Source of the DNA: Podarcis muralis
Lineage: Eukaryota
Reading direction: 5' to 3'
DNA: 64,000 nucleotides
Assembly (NCBI RefSeq): GCF_964188315.1
Contig: NC_135656.1
Span: 31,248,001-31,312,000, forward strand
Within the stretch, counting starts at the first letter, position 1, and every line of letters begins with the position of its first letter. Below, in pieces: positions 1-12,580 of this stretch. Both the position numbers and the translations under genes were made by a program. The notes under the pieces are model-generated. The model was given only the letters and a program-made list of their open reading frames with translations, did no database searches and was not told the origin of the DNA.

Positions 1-473
1 TGGTTTTTAATTTTAATTGTTTTTTTTAAAAAAACATTGCTTCTTCTATGTCTACAAGTTCAGGCTGCAATACAATAAAATGCCTACAGTATAAGAAAAA
101 GAGGCAATAAAGATGCAGTCAAAGACCAGTATGAATGGGCCACCTGAATGAATCTCACGGACCACTGTTTGGGAGCCCTCGCTCTAAAGGCCTGGAGGAC
201 TTTGAACCTTCCCTTTCCTCCCAATAGGGCAAACTGGTGTTCATGTACAGCAGAGGATTCCACTGACCCAAAAGGTTCCAAAATCCCAGAACCAAACAGC
301 TTGAGAATGACAGAAATTGAACTTGACAGAGAGGAAAATTCCAACCTCAGCTGTATGGTTGTAAATGTACTTCTGGACTGTTGCTATTTGTGGGTTGGAT
401 TCAAATCACATGCCAACCCATTCAGCCTGTGCAATTTAAGGGCAAATCAACACCATACATTTAAAGCACATGG

Positions 474-474
<1 letters not shown>

Positions 475-501
<27 letters not shown>
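475..501. repeat. (CA)n microsatellite
   Basis: About 13 uninterrupted CA units. Confidence 0.95.
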
Positions 502-504
<3 letters not shown>

Positions 505-1749
505 TCGCAAGAATCCCAGAAACTTTACTTTCCCCCTACGAAGCTACAATTCCCAACCCCATTAACGAACTATAGTTCCCGCAAAACTGACCTTTTGCGG
601 CAAGGAAAGTGTGGGGTGGGGGAGTAGGACACACTGGAACATGGGAGTAGCCAGAATTTATTGGGGGGACGGGCTTTATGCGGGGGGCAATAACCGAGTT
701 ATCAGCGATGCAGTTGGTCAGTTAGTTAAGTATTTTTATTTATTTACTTGATTTGGGGGAGAGCAGCTGCCCCGCGCCCCCCGGCTACGTCCATGCACTG
801 GAAAATGTGGAAAAACAACGGCTTGATTCAAGGACTCCCGCAAAAAAAATCAGGATGGCTGCTCGATAAACAGGTGGCTGGGAGCGACCTCCGAGAGAGC
901 ACAGCTCAGATGACAGCAGCTGGCTCTACTCCGCCCGCCCCCGGCTGTGATTTATTTAGCAGGGGGCACATCCACATGAGCCCAGAGGTGCATCAACACC
1001 CAGGGGTGTCAGAACTCCTGATGGGCGCCAGAGCGTGAAAGCGAACATTCGATGCGTCCCTCTGACATTTCATATCTTTGATGGAAGTTCAATCGGGTCT
1101 CTCTTTTGAACAGAGAGCTGAAGAAAGCGCTGCCTCTGCTTCCCCCTCCCCTTTCCTCCTCTCTGACACCCCAGCCCTCCTTTCTCTCCAGGAGGGCGGA
1201 TTCTTGGCTGCAATCCAGTTCTTTCCTTCTTTAATCTCTTCCCCCCACCCTCACCCCTCGGCCCCAGCACAGAAAGTTATAAATGCGTGAAAATCCGTGA
1301 ACGTTAAAGCACCACCGGGATGGCTGAAATTCTTCGATTGCCAGCAAAAAGGGATGGAACAATTCCAGCTCGCCTTCACCCTATACCAGGATACTGCGAT
1401 TATAAGGCACCGGGATCCCTTCTCCCCACCCCCAAATGTATACACAAACCAGGGAGTACAGCTAGTTGCAGGTGAGCGTCGGGATAGCCTAGGTGGGGAG
1501 GAGAGCAGGGGCTTGGGGAAAGGGCAGCCAGAGCACCTGCTTTGCATGCAGATGGTCCCAGGATCAATGCACGGCATCTCCAGGGACGACGGTGAGAGAA
1601 CTCCGTGAGAAAACCTCGAGAGCTGCTGCCAGCCAGTGTTGGCAATACTGACCTAGGCGGACTAGAAATGCAGCGTCCTATCTTCCTAAACAAACGGGTG
1701 AAGCAGAATCAAGACGTCTCCAGGACGCAGAGACTTGAGTAGGGCAGAG

Positions 1750-2760
<1,011 letters not shown>

Positions 2761-3349
2761 CCTTCCCCTGCAGAGACCAGCCACGTCCCTCAGCCTTGCT
2801 TCTCAAAAGAGCCGGTCTACTACATCTCCTAGCTGCATGGGAGAGCGCTGCTTTCCTTGCAAAAGGCCCCCAGGTTGAGGCTATGAGAGGATGGGAGAGC
2901 AGCTGCTAGTCGGTGCAGGCAATACTGGTCTAGGTGGGCTAATGGCCCTACTCCTATGGTTCCCTCGGCCCCCCGCCCCCGCCTCAGGAGCCCCCAACTG
3001 GAGTGGATTTCAGAATGAAAGAGGCAAGCCACCGTGCTTAAAGAGGTGCTGCTTGTTACTCCTTTGGTTTTTTGCCTGCCCTTCTGCCAAGGCACCAGAG
3101 AAGGCCTTCCCCCTCCATTCCTAGGCACTCACAACAAGACTGTGAGGCAGGCTGAGAGTGACTGGCGAGCTTCATGGCTAACATAAATGAGAACCTGCAA
3201 CCAACACAGACTCTCATTTAAGAGCTAAGCTGGGCGTTGAAAACAAACAACGCCTAGACAGAGCTCTGATAGTAAGTCAAAATAATAAGAGACAGCTGGG
3301 GAAAGAGCTTTTGATGAGTATAAGGGTTTTTTTGTACAGCGGGTGGGGT

Positions 3350-3551
3350 CAGTGGCGTAGCGTGGGGGGTGCAGGGGGGGCCGGCCGCACCAGGCGCAAC
3401 ATCTGGGGTTAGGGCAAATCCACAGGTTAGGGGGCGCAAATCCATGGGTTAGGGGGCGCAAATCCATGGGTTAGGGGGCGCAAATCCATGGGTTAGGGGG
3501 CGCAAATTACTTGCCTTGCCCCGGGTGCTGACAACCCACGCTACGCCACTG
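3350..3551. mobile_element. hAT-type MITE with internal tandem repeats
   Basis: TIRs CAGTGGCGTAGCGTGGG / CCCACGCTACGCCACTG; perfect 8-bp TSD GGTGGGGT (3342-3349 and 3552-3559). Confidence 0.88.
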
Positions 3552-3941
3552 GGTGGGGTTAGTAAGCGACAATACCATCAGCTTTGGAGTTAACACAGAA
3601 TGTGAAGACGTTGGATATCGTTAAGTGACCTAGTGGTAAGCTTTATGTTCGCCAACATTTTTTTATTTTAAATTGTTAATTGTAGAGCTGTCAGTTAAAG
3701 TGTTGTTGGCACCTGTCTCTCTCTAGAGACAATCGCAAGCCTGGGCAGTGCGTATGGAGGTCCTGGGCTGTCCAGACAAGACCTCCCCCCCCTCAGCGTC
3801 TCTGATGTAGTCCAAAGGAAAACAGAGCAATACATTTGGCACCAGCTTGGCTGCCGGTGTTGCTGGAAGGAGACATGCAAGGCACCATACAACCGTCCTA
3901 GGGAATACACTCCGGATTTGTGTAGGGTTTCCTCCTTAGCC

Positions 3942-4336
3942 CACAGGTTTTCAACCTTTTTGGGTCCACAGCTCCCTTGACCAACTGCATTCTTTCTGCA
4001 GCACCCCTATGGGGCTCAGAAGCCCAGTTATGTCACCCTTGCCTGCAGAGCCAGCAGCCTCTCACCCCTTTTTGAACACCCTCCTTGTGGTGTTCCCTCA
4101 GCCTTCTCTCTTTTCCTTGGGAGTCTTCTGGGCAGTCGCTGCCTCTGGTCTCTGAGCTGCACCCCCTGTCCCAAAGAGAGGTGCCCCCTCACGCTGCCCC
4201 ACAGGGGCCTGGGAAGCATCCCATGGCCAGCTCCCAAGGAACCATTCACTTGAGGAGCTTGTAGCCAGGGCTGCTGCAACAAACAGCTGTGCGAGCCTTT
4301 GGGAGGCAGAGATGTGAGGGCATCAGAGGAAGGAGG
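3942..4336 (+). mobile_element. hAT-type MITE, copy missing its 3' end
   Basis: Homologous to the complete copy at 41901-42361. Confidence 0.75.
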
Positions 4337-4720
4337 TAAGGTAAGGTAAGATGCGAACCAAAACACCTCAAAACTATTTACTTTTTTAAAAAATATATAT
4401 ATTTTCGATTTCAGGAGACTTTTGAAGGACTATAGTGACTGCTGGACAAATTCATATGTATGCAATACTTGTAATATGCAATGATAGCACTGTAAGTTTT
4501 TTAAAAATGAAGAAAAAAGAAAATCATTAGTCCTGGTGGCCCCAATGAAAACATCTGCAAATGTATTGGATCCATTAGTGTGAAGATTCCAATTTAAGTG
4601 CAAATCATTCTCTTTTCAGTTGTGTTTGTGCATAAAAATCATGTTACAAGTAAAAACAGAACAAGGTGTGCATGGCAAAGGAGAAGTGCACATCACACTT
4701 CATTTCTTGAAAACACAGAC

Positions 4721-4726
4721 TTTATT
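4721..4726 (-). terminator. Candidate BIRC5 polyadenylation signal
   Basis: AATAAA on minus, about 1 kb past the stop codon, in AT-rich UTR-like sequence. Confidence 0.45.
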
Positions 4727-5261
4727 TTTCTGTATTAAAATTGTTATGGATTTTGTAATTTTATATATATAACATAAGATTATAATCACAGCATTTTTTG
4801 TGTAATTCATTCTTGTGCCTATGGGGGAATAAGTGCAAATGAATAAAAAAAACCACCAGTAGGACTGTACTGCACATCCTTTTTAGGCACCTTCTCTGTC
4901 ATGACCATTTTGAGTTAAAACTACCAGATTTGCATACCATATATTTGGTACTCCCTGCCCCCGCCTCATCCTAATAATTCACAGTAATGATGTTTTCACT
5001 GAGCTTTTTAATATGACATTAACATTACTATGACATTCCAGTTAAATTAGACTACCTTAGTGAATCTATATATTTGGCATTATTGTCCTAATGTGCAGGA
5101 TAACCCACAGAAATCAGTGGAGAGCTGCAGATATCTTCATTCAGCCCTTAAGTGCAACTTGACCAGAGCCACAGGTGTGAATGTAGGAACGCAGTCGAGA
5201 GGTCTTTGGGTCTTGTCCAAGTTCCAAACAGCCCTGCCTCAGGAGCTACCACAGCATAGTA

Positions 5262-5719
5262 CTGTGATCCTAACCATATTAGGGAAGACACACTTGGGAC
5301 TTGCTTATGAGTAAACAGACAGAGGTTGATGGGCTTTTTCTCGTTGTAATGCACCCTCCCCCCATAAAAAAACACCCCAGAAATTTTGTTCAGTGGCTGT
5401 TGGAACAGAACAAGGGTGGGTGTTTGAAGAGAAAAAGATAGTTTGGCTGCTGCTGCTGGGTGTAAGAAGTCTGCTGAGGAGCTGAAATTGAGCATTTAGG
5501 GTCAGTTTGTTTTGTTCATATACAGCAGTTGCAAAGAGAAGGTATTTTGTAAACATAGGAGAATGCTTCCCCTCCCCTCCACCGGCAGACTGCAAACCAA
5601 CGTTTCACTTTCTATTCATATTACATGTTTTGCTAGAGGAAGGGAGGCGAATGTTTACTTCGCCAGAAAATTAAAGGGACTGATTGGCATGTTTAAGCCT
5701 CATTGTATTCAATGGAGAT
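5262..5719 (+). repeat. Local duplication, copy 1 (BIRC5 3' UTR)
   Basis: Aligns by eye, with scattered mismatches and small indels, to 10068-10515 in the same orientation. Confidence 0.9.
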
Positions 5720-5734
5720 AGTACACTGGGAACA

Positions 5735-8700
5735 TTACATACGCAACAATTCAATTGCATTACGCGTCTTCTCAGCACGTTTTTCCAAGTCGTTAATTTT
5801 CTGGTTAATTTCCTTTCTCTAGGAGAAAAACAGAAAGGAAGTCCTGTTAGTAACTAATGAAAAGGAAAGTGTTTGAGCTGTAAAGTGGAATACAAGAGGA
5901 GGGCTTTGCTGCAGGTAGGGGGTGGGCAGTGGCTATTCACTTTGAGAAGCAAGCAGGAAAACCATACAACAGCAGGGAAAGCCAAACTGATCTCACAGTT
6001 GCAGCCAAACCAGTGAAGAACACTATCTTCAAATCAAGGCGGTTCTATGGGCAAGAGACTGTGTATGATCTGGTGTGGAGGAGGGTGGGGTTCTAAATGA
6101 CCATTTTGAAACTGTAGGGCAAGGTTTCCCAAACTTGAGTCCCCAGCTGTTTTTGAACTACAGTCCCCATATTCCCTGACCCCTGGTCCTGATAGCTAGG
6201 GATGATGGAAGTTGTAGTCCAAAAACTGCTAGAGACACAATTTTGGCAAGCACTGTTGTAGGGAGAACAGGAGAGCAGGAAAAGCTTGAGTACATTCACA
6301 GCTCCCTGCAAACCATACTTACGACCAAGGCCTTCATTCTCTCCTTGCAAAGTCTCATAAACTCTTGCAGTGTCAAGTCCTTAATATCTTTCTGGAGAGC
6401 CAGAAATGCACAGTTGGGAGAGTGTTTCCGGTGCTCTTCCCTAGAAAGAAGGACAAACTATATTAGCACAATGGTTCATAAAGGATAAGGCAGACCTCTC
6501 TAGGGTTCAGAGTGAAGAGCTACTAAGAGATTTAAAACTTTTTACAAATCTTGCAGGGATAAAGGTAGCATATGTGAGGCCAACATTTACACGGATTTAG
6601 AGGCTTTAACTCATGGGTAGGCAAACTAAGGCCTGGGGGCTGGATCCAGCCCAATCACCTTCTAAATCTGGTCCGCGGACGGTCCGGGAATCAGCATGTT
6701 TTGACATGAGTGGAATGTGTGCTTTTATTTAAAATGCATCTCTGGGTTATTTGTGGGGCATAGGAATTCGTTCATTTTTTCCCTCCAAAATATAGTCCGG
6801 CCCCCCACAAGATCTGAGGGACAGTGGACAAGCCCCCTGCTGAAAAAGTTTGCTCACCCCTAAATTCAGCTACTGAAACTGCCTTTCTCTTGAAGACGTT
6901 AAATGTTTACGCTGCTCAGTTTACAACCACTTGATGTCATGTGCCAGCTTTACATTCAGCAGTGGATTGCACAGCACCAGCTGGTCTTGTAATAACTTCT
7001 GAAATAACATATCTGATCTCCTGAATTAAAGTAGAATAGATGACATCCCTCCTCACTCCCTAGGCTTTCCACCAAATTTTTGAATTGTTCAATTTTTCTG
7101 TGAAAATTAGGGCAATTTGTGTAGGAAAATTTTCTCGTGCCATAGAGAGTAATCTAATCTAGCATGCTTCTTTTACTTGTAAACAAAGGCAGAAACATTG
7201 AAAGTGTCAAGCTTCCCTAATATTTAGTTGCTACTGGCATCCATTCATTGATACTAATGAAACAGAACCTTTTCCAAGGGTGGGCGGGCGGCAAATCAGT
7301 AGAAAATTTACTACCCCACCACTGGTCCAGTATAGGATGCTTGTTCTAAGTCTCTAGGTTAGGCCTGCTTCAAAGCAAATCACTTGCTGCCAATATGGAC
7401 ACAGAACTTTCTCACTGTTTTAACCTGTCCCTGTCCCTTTACCTAAGGGCAAGGTGTTATGCTGCTGTTTGTTTTTTGTATGCGCAGGGCAGACATTTTA
7501 TATTTGGAAGTAGATAATCTAAATTTGGGGGGAGGTTGGGAAAGTGATCAAGCAAATTCATTTGCAGATGAAGCTCAGATAGCTATTTTTAGTGCCTTGA
7601 TATGCACTTCAGAGGAAGGAGCTGGGTTTTAATAGTGGCATCTAAGTGAGAAACGACTTACATGGCCAGGAAGGTGGGGCTGCACTGGAGAGAACTGCTA
7701 TATGAGCCAGCAAAAGAACTGGGAGACGCTGCAAAGCCGATGAGAGACACATTTAGCTGTGTGCTGTACTGGAAGTTGGGGGTTTCCTAGTAACAGAATG
7801 GGGAAGCAAGATCTTTTGGGGTATTAATGCTTTGAGACCCTCCACCCTATGCTTAGGTTTTTAAATAAATGTGTAAATAAAACCATGACTCCACTGATCT
7901 CATTCCAAGGAAACCTGGGTAAGCACTGGAACCCTTGGGAGTGTCTCACTGCTCAAAGATTGGAGTGGCGTGCATCACCAGACACAGCTATGCAGGCAGT
8001 TTTCAGACACACCTGCCTTTGAGGCTAGTCAATAGAGAGCCCTTATTAGCATTACTGGCTTGCAGAGCAGCCAGGGGAATTTGGCCTGATTAGTGTTGTG
8101 CAGTGTGGCATCAGGAACATGGAACAGAATTAATATTCACTCTTTGCAAATGCAGTCCACACCATACTGCATAATCTAACCACCTGCTTAAATGTAGCCA
8201 GATGTTCAAAGATCAAATAAACTAGATAAATGTAACCTGCCTATGATAAGTGGTCTCACTGGGTCTTAAGTAGCCATATTGGGCTTTTGGCAAAGGGAAA
8301 GATGGAAGATGTGGACAAACCATCTAAATTACTTGTACCCTATTTTAAGCTTGCAGATTTGCTTCCTTCATCCCTGTAGTATCTGTGAAACATCATGTTC
8401 TGTCTTAATAAAAAGGCAGATATGTCTATGCCGAGCACTTATTTGGAGGCACTGCAAGTCAGCAGATCCAACAACAAAATACTTACATAGGGTCATCATC
8501 CGGCTCCCATCCCTCCAGCTCCTTAAAACATATGAAGCACTGGGCCACGTCGGGTGCATTGTCACTAGGACAGTGAACAAATCCAGCTTCTGCCATCTGG
8601 GAAGAGAGAGGGGAGGAAAGTTGTTCAACAACTGTACATTCAACAATCACACATCCAAAGAGTTAGGGTGAGCAGTGAGGTAGGCAAGTTTGCTGCTGAT

Positions 8701-9697
8701 ACTAAATTGCTCAGGGTAGTTAAAACTAAAAGGGATTGTGAAGTCCAGTGGTACCTCTGGTTACATACTTAAATTCGTTCTGGAGGTCCGTTCTTAACCT
8801 AAAACCGTTTTTAATCCGAGGTACCACTTTAGCTAATGGGCCTTCCTGCTGCCGCTGTGCGATTTCTGTTCTCACCCTGAGGTAGAGTTCTTAACCCGAG
8901 GTACTACTTACGGGTTAGCGGAGTCTGTAACCCAAAGTGCTTATAACCCGAGGTGTTTGAAACCCGAGGTACCACTGTACTCCAAAAGGGTCTCCCCAAA
9001 CTGAGTGAATAAGCAGCAAAGTGGGAAACGCAAATTCAGTTTAAGCAAGTGTAAAGAGCTGCACATTAGGGGCAAAAATTATATGTATTTCACGGGGTCC
9101 AGAGTGGTAGTGACTGACCAGGAACAAGACCTTGGGCTATAGAGGATAATCTGATGAAGGTGTTGACCCAGTGTGTGATAGCTGTGGAAAGACAAATGCC
9201 AAGCTAGGGATCATTAGGAAAATAAATCAAATTGAATTAAAAATAAAGCTGTCAATATCAAAATACTGTTTTCCAAATTGAAGGTGCAACCACACTTGGA
9301 ATACTGTTTACAGTTCTGATGGTCTTGCCTCAAAAAGGATATTGAACAGCTGGAAACGGTCCAGAAAAGGGAAACCAAAATGATCAAGAGGGTGGAGCAA
9401 CCTCCCTGATAGGGAAGGTCACTTTGGGGGATTTTTAGTTTAGTAGAGAAAAGGCAACCAAAAGGAGACATGATAAAAGTGTGTAAAATTATGGATGGAG
9501 TGCAGGAAGTAGATGAGGAGGCAAAGTACTTAGGAGGCAAGCTGGCTGGGAGAAATGGGTTCCCTCACCCGGTCTGGAGTGCATGAGCAGTCGGAGGCAA
9601 AGGGCCACTGGTCGAAAGTGGCGACTCGGTGCTCCTTCAGAAACTCCTCGAATCCCGGCCGAACTTGCGGACCCGCAGAAGCAGCTTCCGCCTCCAT
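5735..9697 (-). CDS. BIRC5: Survivin, 146 aa; exons 9569-9697, 8487-8596, 6323-6440, 5735-5818
   Basis: All introns GT-AG, frame continuous, internal exons of 110 and 118 nt as recalled for mammalian BIRC5. Translation: [146 protein letters not shown]. It has a single BIR domain with CxxC..H..C zinc ligands, the CDK1 TP site and a C-terminal helix. Confidence 0.97.
6612..6861. mobile_element. hAT-like MITE
   Basis: Imperfect terminal inverted repeats (..GGGTAGGCAAACT / AGTTTGCTCACCCC); no clear TSD. Confidence 0.6.
8746..8977. mobile_element. Tc1/mariner-type MITE
   Basis: TIRs CAGTGGTACCTC / GAGGTACCACTG followed by TA; related to the copies at 24201, 28062, 29114 and 53814. Confidence 0.8.
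9010..9520 (+). mobile_element. Decayed CR1 LINE 3' fragment (RT C-terminus) in BIRC5 intron 1
   Basis: Degenerate but recognisable CR1 motifs (KCK.LH, PHLEYC.QF, KKDI..LE.VQ.R.TKMI, GDMI.V.KI) with stops and frameshifts. Confidence 0.8.
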
Positions 9698-9800
9698 TCC
9701 TGCCACGTTCAAAACACCGCGGTCAGAGCAACGGCCGAGCAAAGGATGACGGGAAATCGGCTGCTATTCGCTGAGCATGCCGGGAGTTGTAGTCCTCCCT
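9697..9800 (-). promoter_or_regulatory. BIRC5 core promoter with CHR and ZNF143/Staf-type site
   Basis: On the minus strand: GGGAGGACTACAACTCCCGGCATGC (about 9776-9800) and TTTGAA (9708-9713) preceded by CGCGG (9717-9721), 10 nt before the ATG. CpG-rich. CHR/CDE is the known G2/M cell-cycle promoter element. Confidence 0.7.
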
Positions 9801-10067
9801 CTTTATAAAATGCAGTTAGAGGAGAAGATAAGAGGCAAAACTGCGCACGTTTTAAAGACCAGAAACACAAGACAGGACGAACTCTTTAAAATGCCTCTAT
9901 GAGGTCTCCGTTGTTCTTGCTGGAACAGGCAAATAAGGCTGTATTTCCGAAAGTTAGAGGCAGAAGAAACAAAACAAAATAATAATAATATGGATTTAGA
10001 AACCTCGCTTCCCACGTGATGGAGAAAGAAGCTAAAGACACGTGTAAAATCGTTTCACTAAAATAGG

Positions 10068-10515
10068 CCGCGATCCCAACTTCCTATTAAGGAGGACGCA
10101 CTTGGGACTTGCTCCTGAGTAAACAGACAGAGGTTGGTGGGCTTTTTCTCGTCGTAATGCACCCCCCCCAAAAAAAATCCCCAAATTTTTTTTCAGTGGC
10201 TGTTGGAACAGAACGAGGCTGGGTGTTTGAAAGAGAAAAAGATAGTTGGGCTGCTGCTGCTGGGTGTAAGAAGTCCGCCGAGGAGCAGGAGCTGAAATCG
10301 AGCATTTAGGGTCAGTTTGTTTTTTTGATATACAGCAGTTGCAAAGAGAAGGTATTTTGTTAACATCAGGGAATGCCCCACCACCACTAGAATGCAAACC
10401 AACGTTTCACTTTCTATTCATATTACATGTTTTGCTAGAGGAAGAGAGGCGAACTTCGCCAGAAAATTAAAGGGACTGATCTGCATGTTTAAGCCCCACT
10501 ATATTCCACGAAGAT
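10068..10515 (+). repeat. Local duplication, copy 2 (upstream of the BIRC5 promoter)
   Basis: Direct repeat of 5262-5719; retains CpGs that are lost in copy 1. Confidence 0.9.
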
Positions 10516-12580
10516 TGATCTCTGGTGAGCATGTAGTTTATGGCTGCAGTGCTTTTTTTATTACAGGCACTTGGCTTAGTTGCTCTCTTTCTTGGTTTTA
10601 TTATCTCTTGGCTTGCTGCTCCACTTGGATCACAGTAGCTTTTGATAGTATACTGTAGTTTGTTATGAACCACCTTCCACTGCTATAAGGAAAAGCAAGA
10701 TATAAATATATTAAACAAACACATGCTTAATCATGTGTTTCAATGTCTCAGAATAAAGGTCAGCCATTTAAAAGAAATGACCAAAAGAAGGTGATGTGCA
10801 GCACAAGCCTGATTTCAACAGAGCTCTTCCTCAGATATGTATAGAACGGTGTGCAGTTTAACAGTGTACTTGTATGCCACATTAAATTAAATGGGGTTTA
10901 TTCCTAGGTAAGTGTATATAGGACTGGAACTTCAGATTCTCCCCGTACCCTGCTCCGGCTATCGGAATTGTGAAAATCAGCTTTAACTTGCATCTACCCT
11001 CCCACGCAGAACTTCCGGTTTTCAGATGTGCTTTGAAGTGAGGCGTACTGACATATGCAAACCAGAGTTTAATTCTGCCAAATTAAACATTATGTTCTGC
11101 TACTCTGTATTGCTAAATGGGGCCGATCTGGGGGAGATTTTTTTGCAGAGTATAAGAACACTCTGTAAAAATAAAAAGCTAAGTGTTGTATCCAATGGTG
11201 GCTTTGCACCAGCTGGTAGCAACTAGTGGAAGTGCTTTCACAAGCAGGGTAGCATCTGATCCTCCTTGCACCCAGTACCTATACTGCTGGTGGACCCTCT
11301 GGAACAATACAGCATATATGGCACAGAGGGGTGCAGTTGATGGGGGGGGGAATTGATGAAAATGCCTTGCAGAAGTGCTTCTGTTAGCATAAAGCCATTA
11401 TAAGAAGCTGGGCTAAATACTTCATTAGGTCAGACTTGGTTCAGTGCCTGGAATCCAGAAGTCTTGGAGCGTGCCCAGGCTGAAAGGAAAGCATTTTGAA
11501 CTGCAAGGAGGAAGAGTGCTCATGTTTGGGTCTCACTTGTGGGTTTCCTACAGGCACCTGGCTAGTGAGTGTGTGAACCAGGATGCTGGGCTAGACTGGC
11601 CCTTGGCCTCTTCTTAGGATTTAGTTATCATAACTCTGTGCAGCACTCAACACCTGAATGCAAAAGGGGCAGAGAAAGTAATTAAACACTCATCTGATCT
11701 CCGACTGTTGACATCCCCCAATTCGTGGCACAATAATCATTACAACTGACGTTACTTGTGCAATACTTGAGATGTATTTCTTAACTTTGGCCCATTCCAA
11801 GGCAAAAGCATAACTAACCGGCTGTCGCAGCACAGTTGTTATAGCCGTTGTTGCCATGATTCCCATGATTTTCTTTTAGAACTGTTCCAGGCTGGCTATG
11901 CTCTAAATCTGCAGCTTCTTGCTTGCAGGGTCCCTGATTCAAAGCCCGTGGGAGTAGAGACATGGGCCTCCATAGCACAAGCACAGAGTGCCACTGCTCT
12001 GACTGTATAAGGCAGTTTCGTATGGACTTAGAAGGTTGAATAAAAGTTTAGTTACTGCTGTTAGTGAAAGATGCCCATCTTCAGCTCAGGCCCTTTGTGG
12101 AATAAAGAGACGTGGTGATTTATGCAGCAATTATGCCTTGCCTGTGCTCACTGATTCAGACTATCTCCTAGGGGAAGGTGATAAACTGCCACAATGTAGA
12201 TGTAATTTATGTGTTGGTGTTACTTTAATGTTCTCAGCACGCTGGGAGGAACAGATATTATCGCAGGAGTGGACAGGAACTGTCTCTGTGTCAGGCAGTC
12301 CATGCGAAAGGAACTGTGTGCTCTCTTGAAGAGTCAATTGCCTCCAAAGCAACAAGGAATAATATGTTTCAAAGTTCCGTTTCAATAGATTTGTGTCTTC
12401 TGAAGTTCTTTCTTAACTGGATAAAATTGCAGTTGGCAGGAAGTCCATTCCCAGGGTGAAATAAAACAGCACAGCAGAGAGAGTGGAGGATTGGGGTGGG
12501 TGGGTTTGCAAGGTCAGCGATGGCCACTCATGGCTGTAGATGGGGACTCCAGGCTGAGAGTTCCATCTTGTGTCAACCTA

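Noticed and set aside
1251-1577. ORF starting MPCIDP as TMEM235 exon 2
   Set aside because: It does not match the expected CIPL.DPF segment and has no suitable splice sites; exon 2 is probably outside the window.
3404-3510. CRISPR-like array or interstitial telomere
   Set aside because: Units are contiguous with no unique spacers, TTAGGG is not tandem, the array is internal to a MITE, and the host is a vertebrate.
7560-7980. Possible solo LTR in BIRC5 intron 2
   Set aside because: It has TATA-like and AATAAA motifs, but I could not define TG..CA ends or a TSD.
10510-10680. Exon-like segment with a good acceptor on minus, as a possible AFMID last exon or BIRC5 paralogue remnant
   Set aside because: No frame resembles AFMID or survivin, and AFMID already terminates at 12581.
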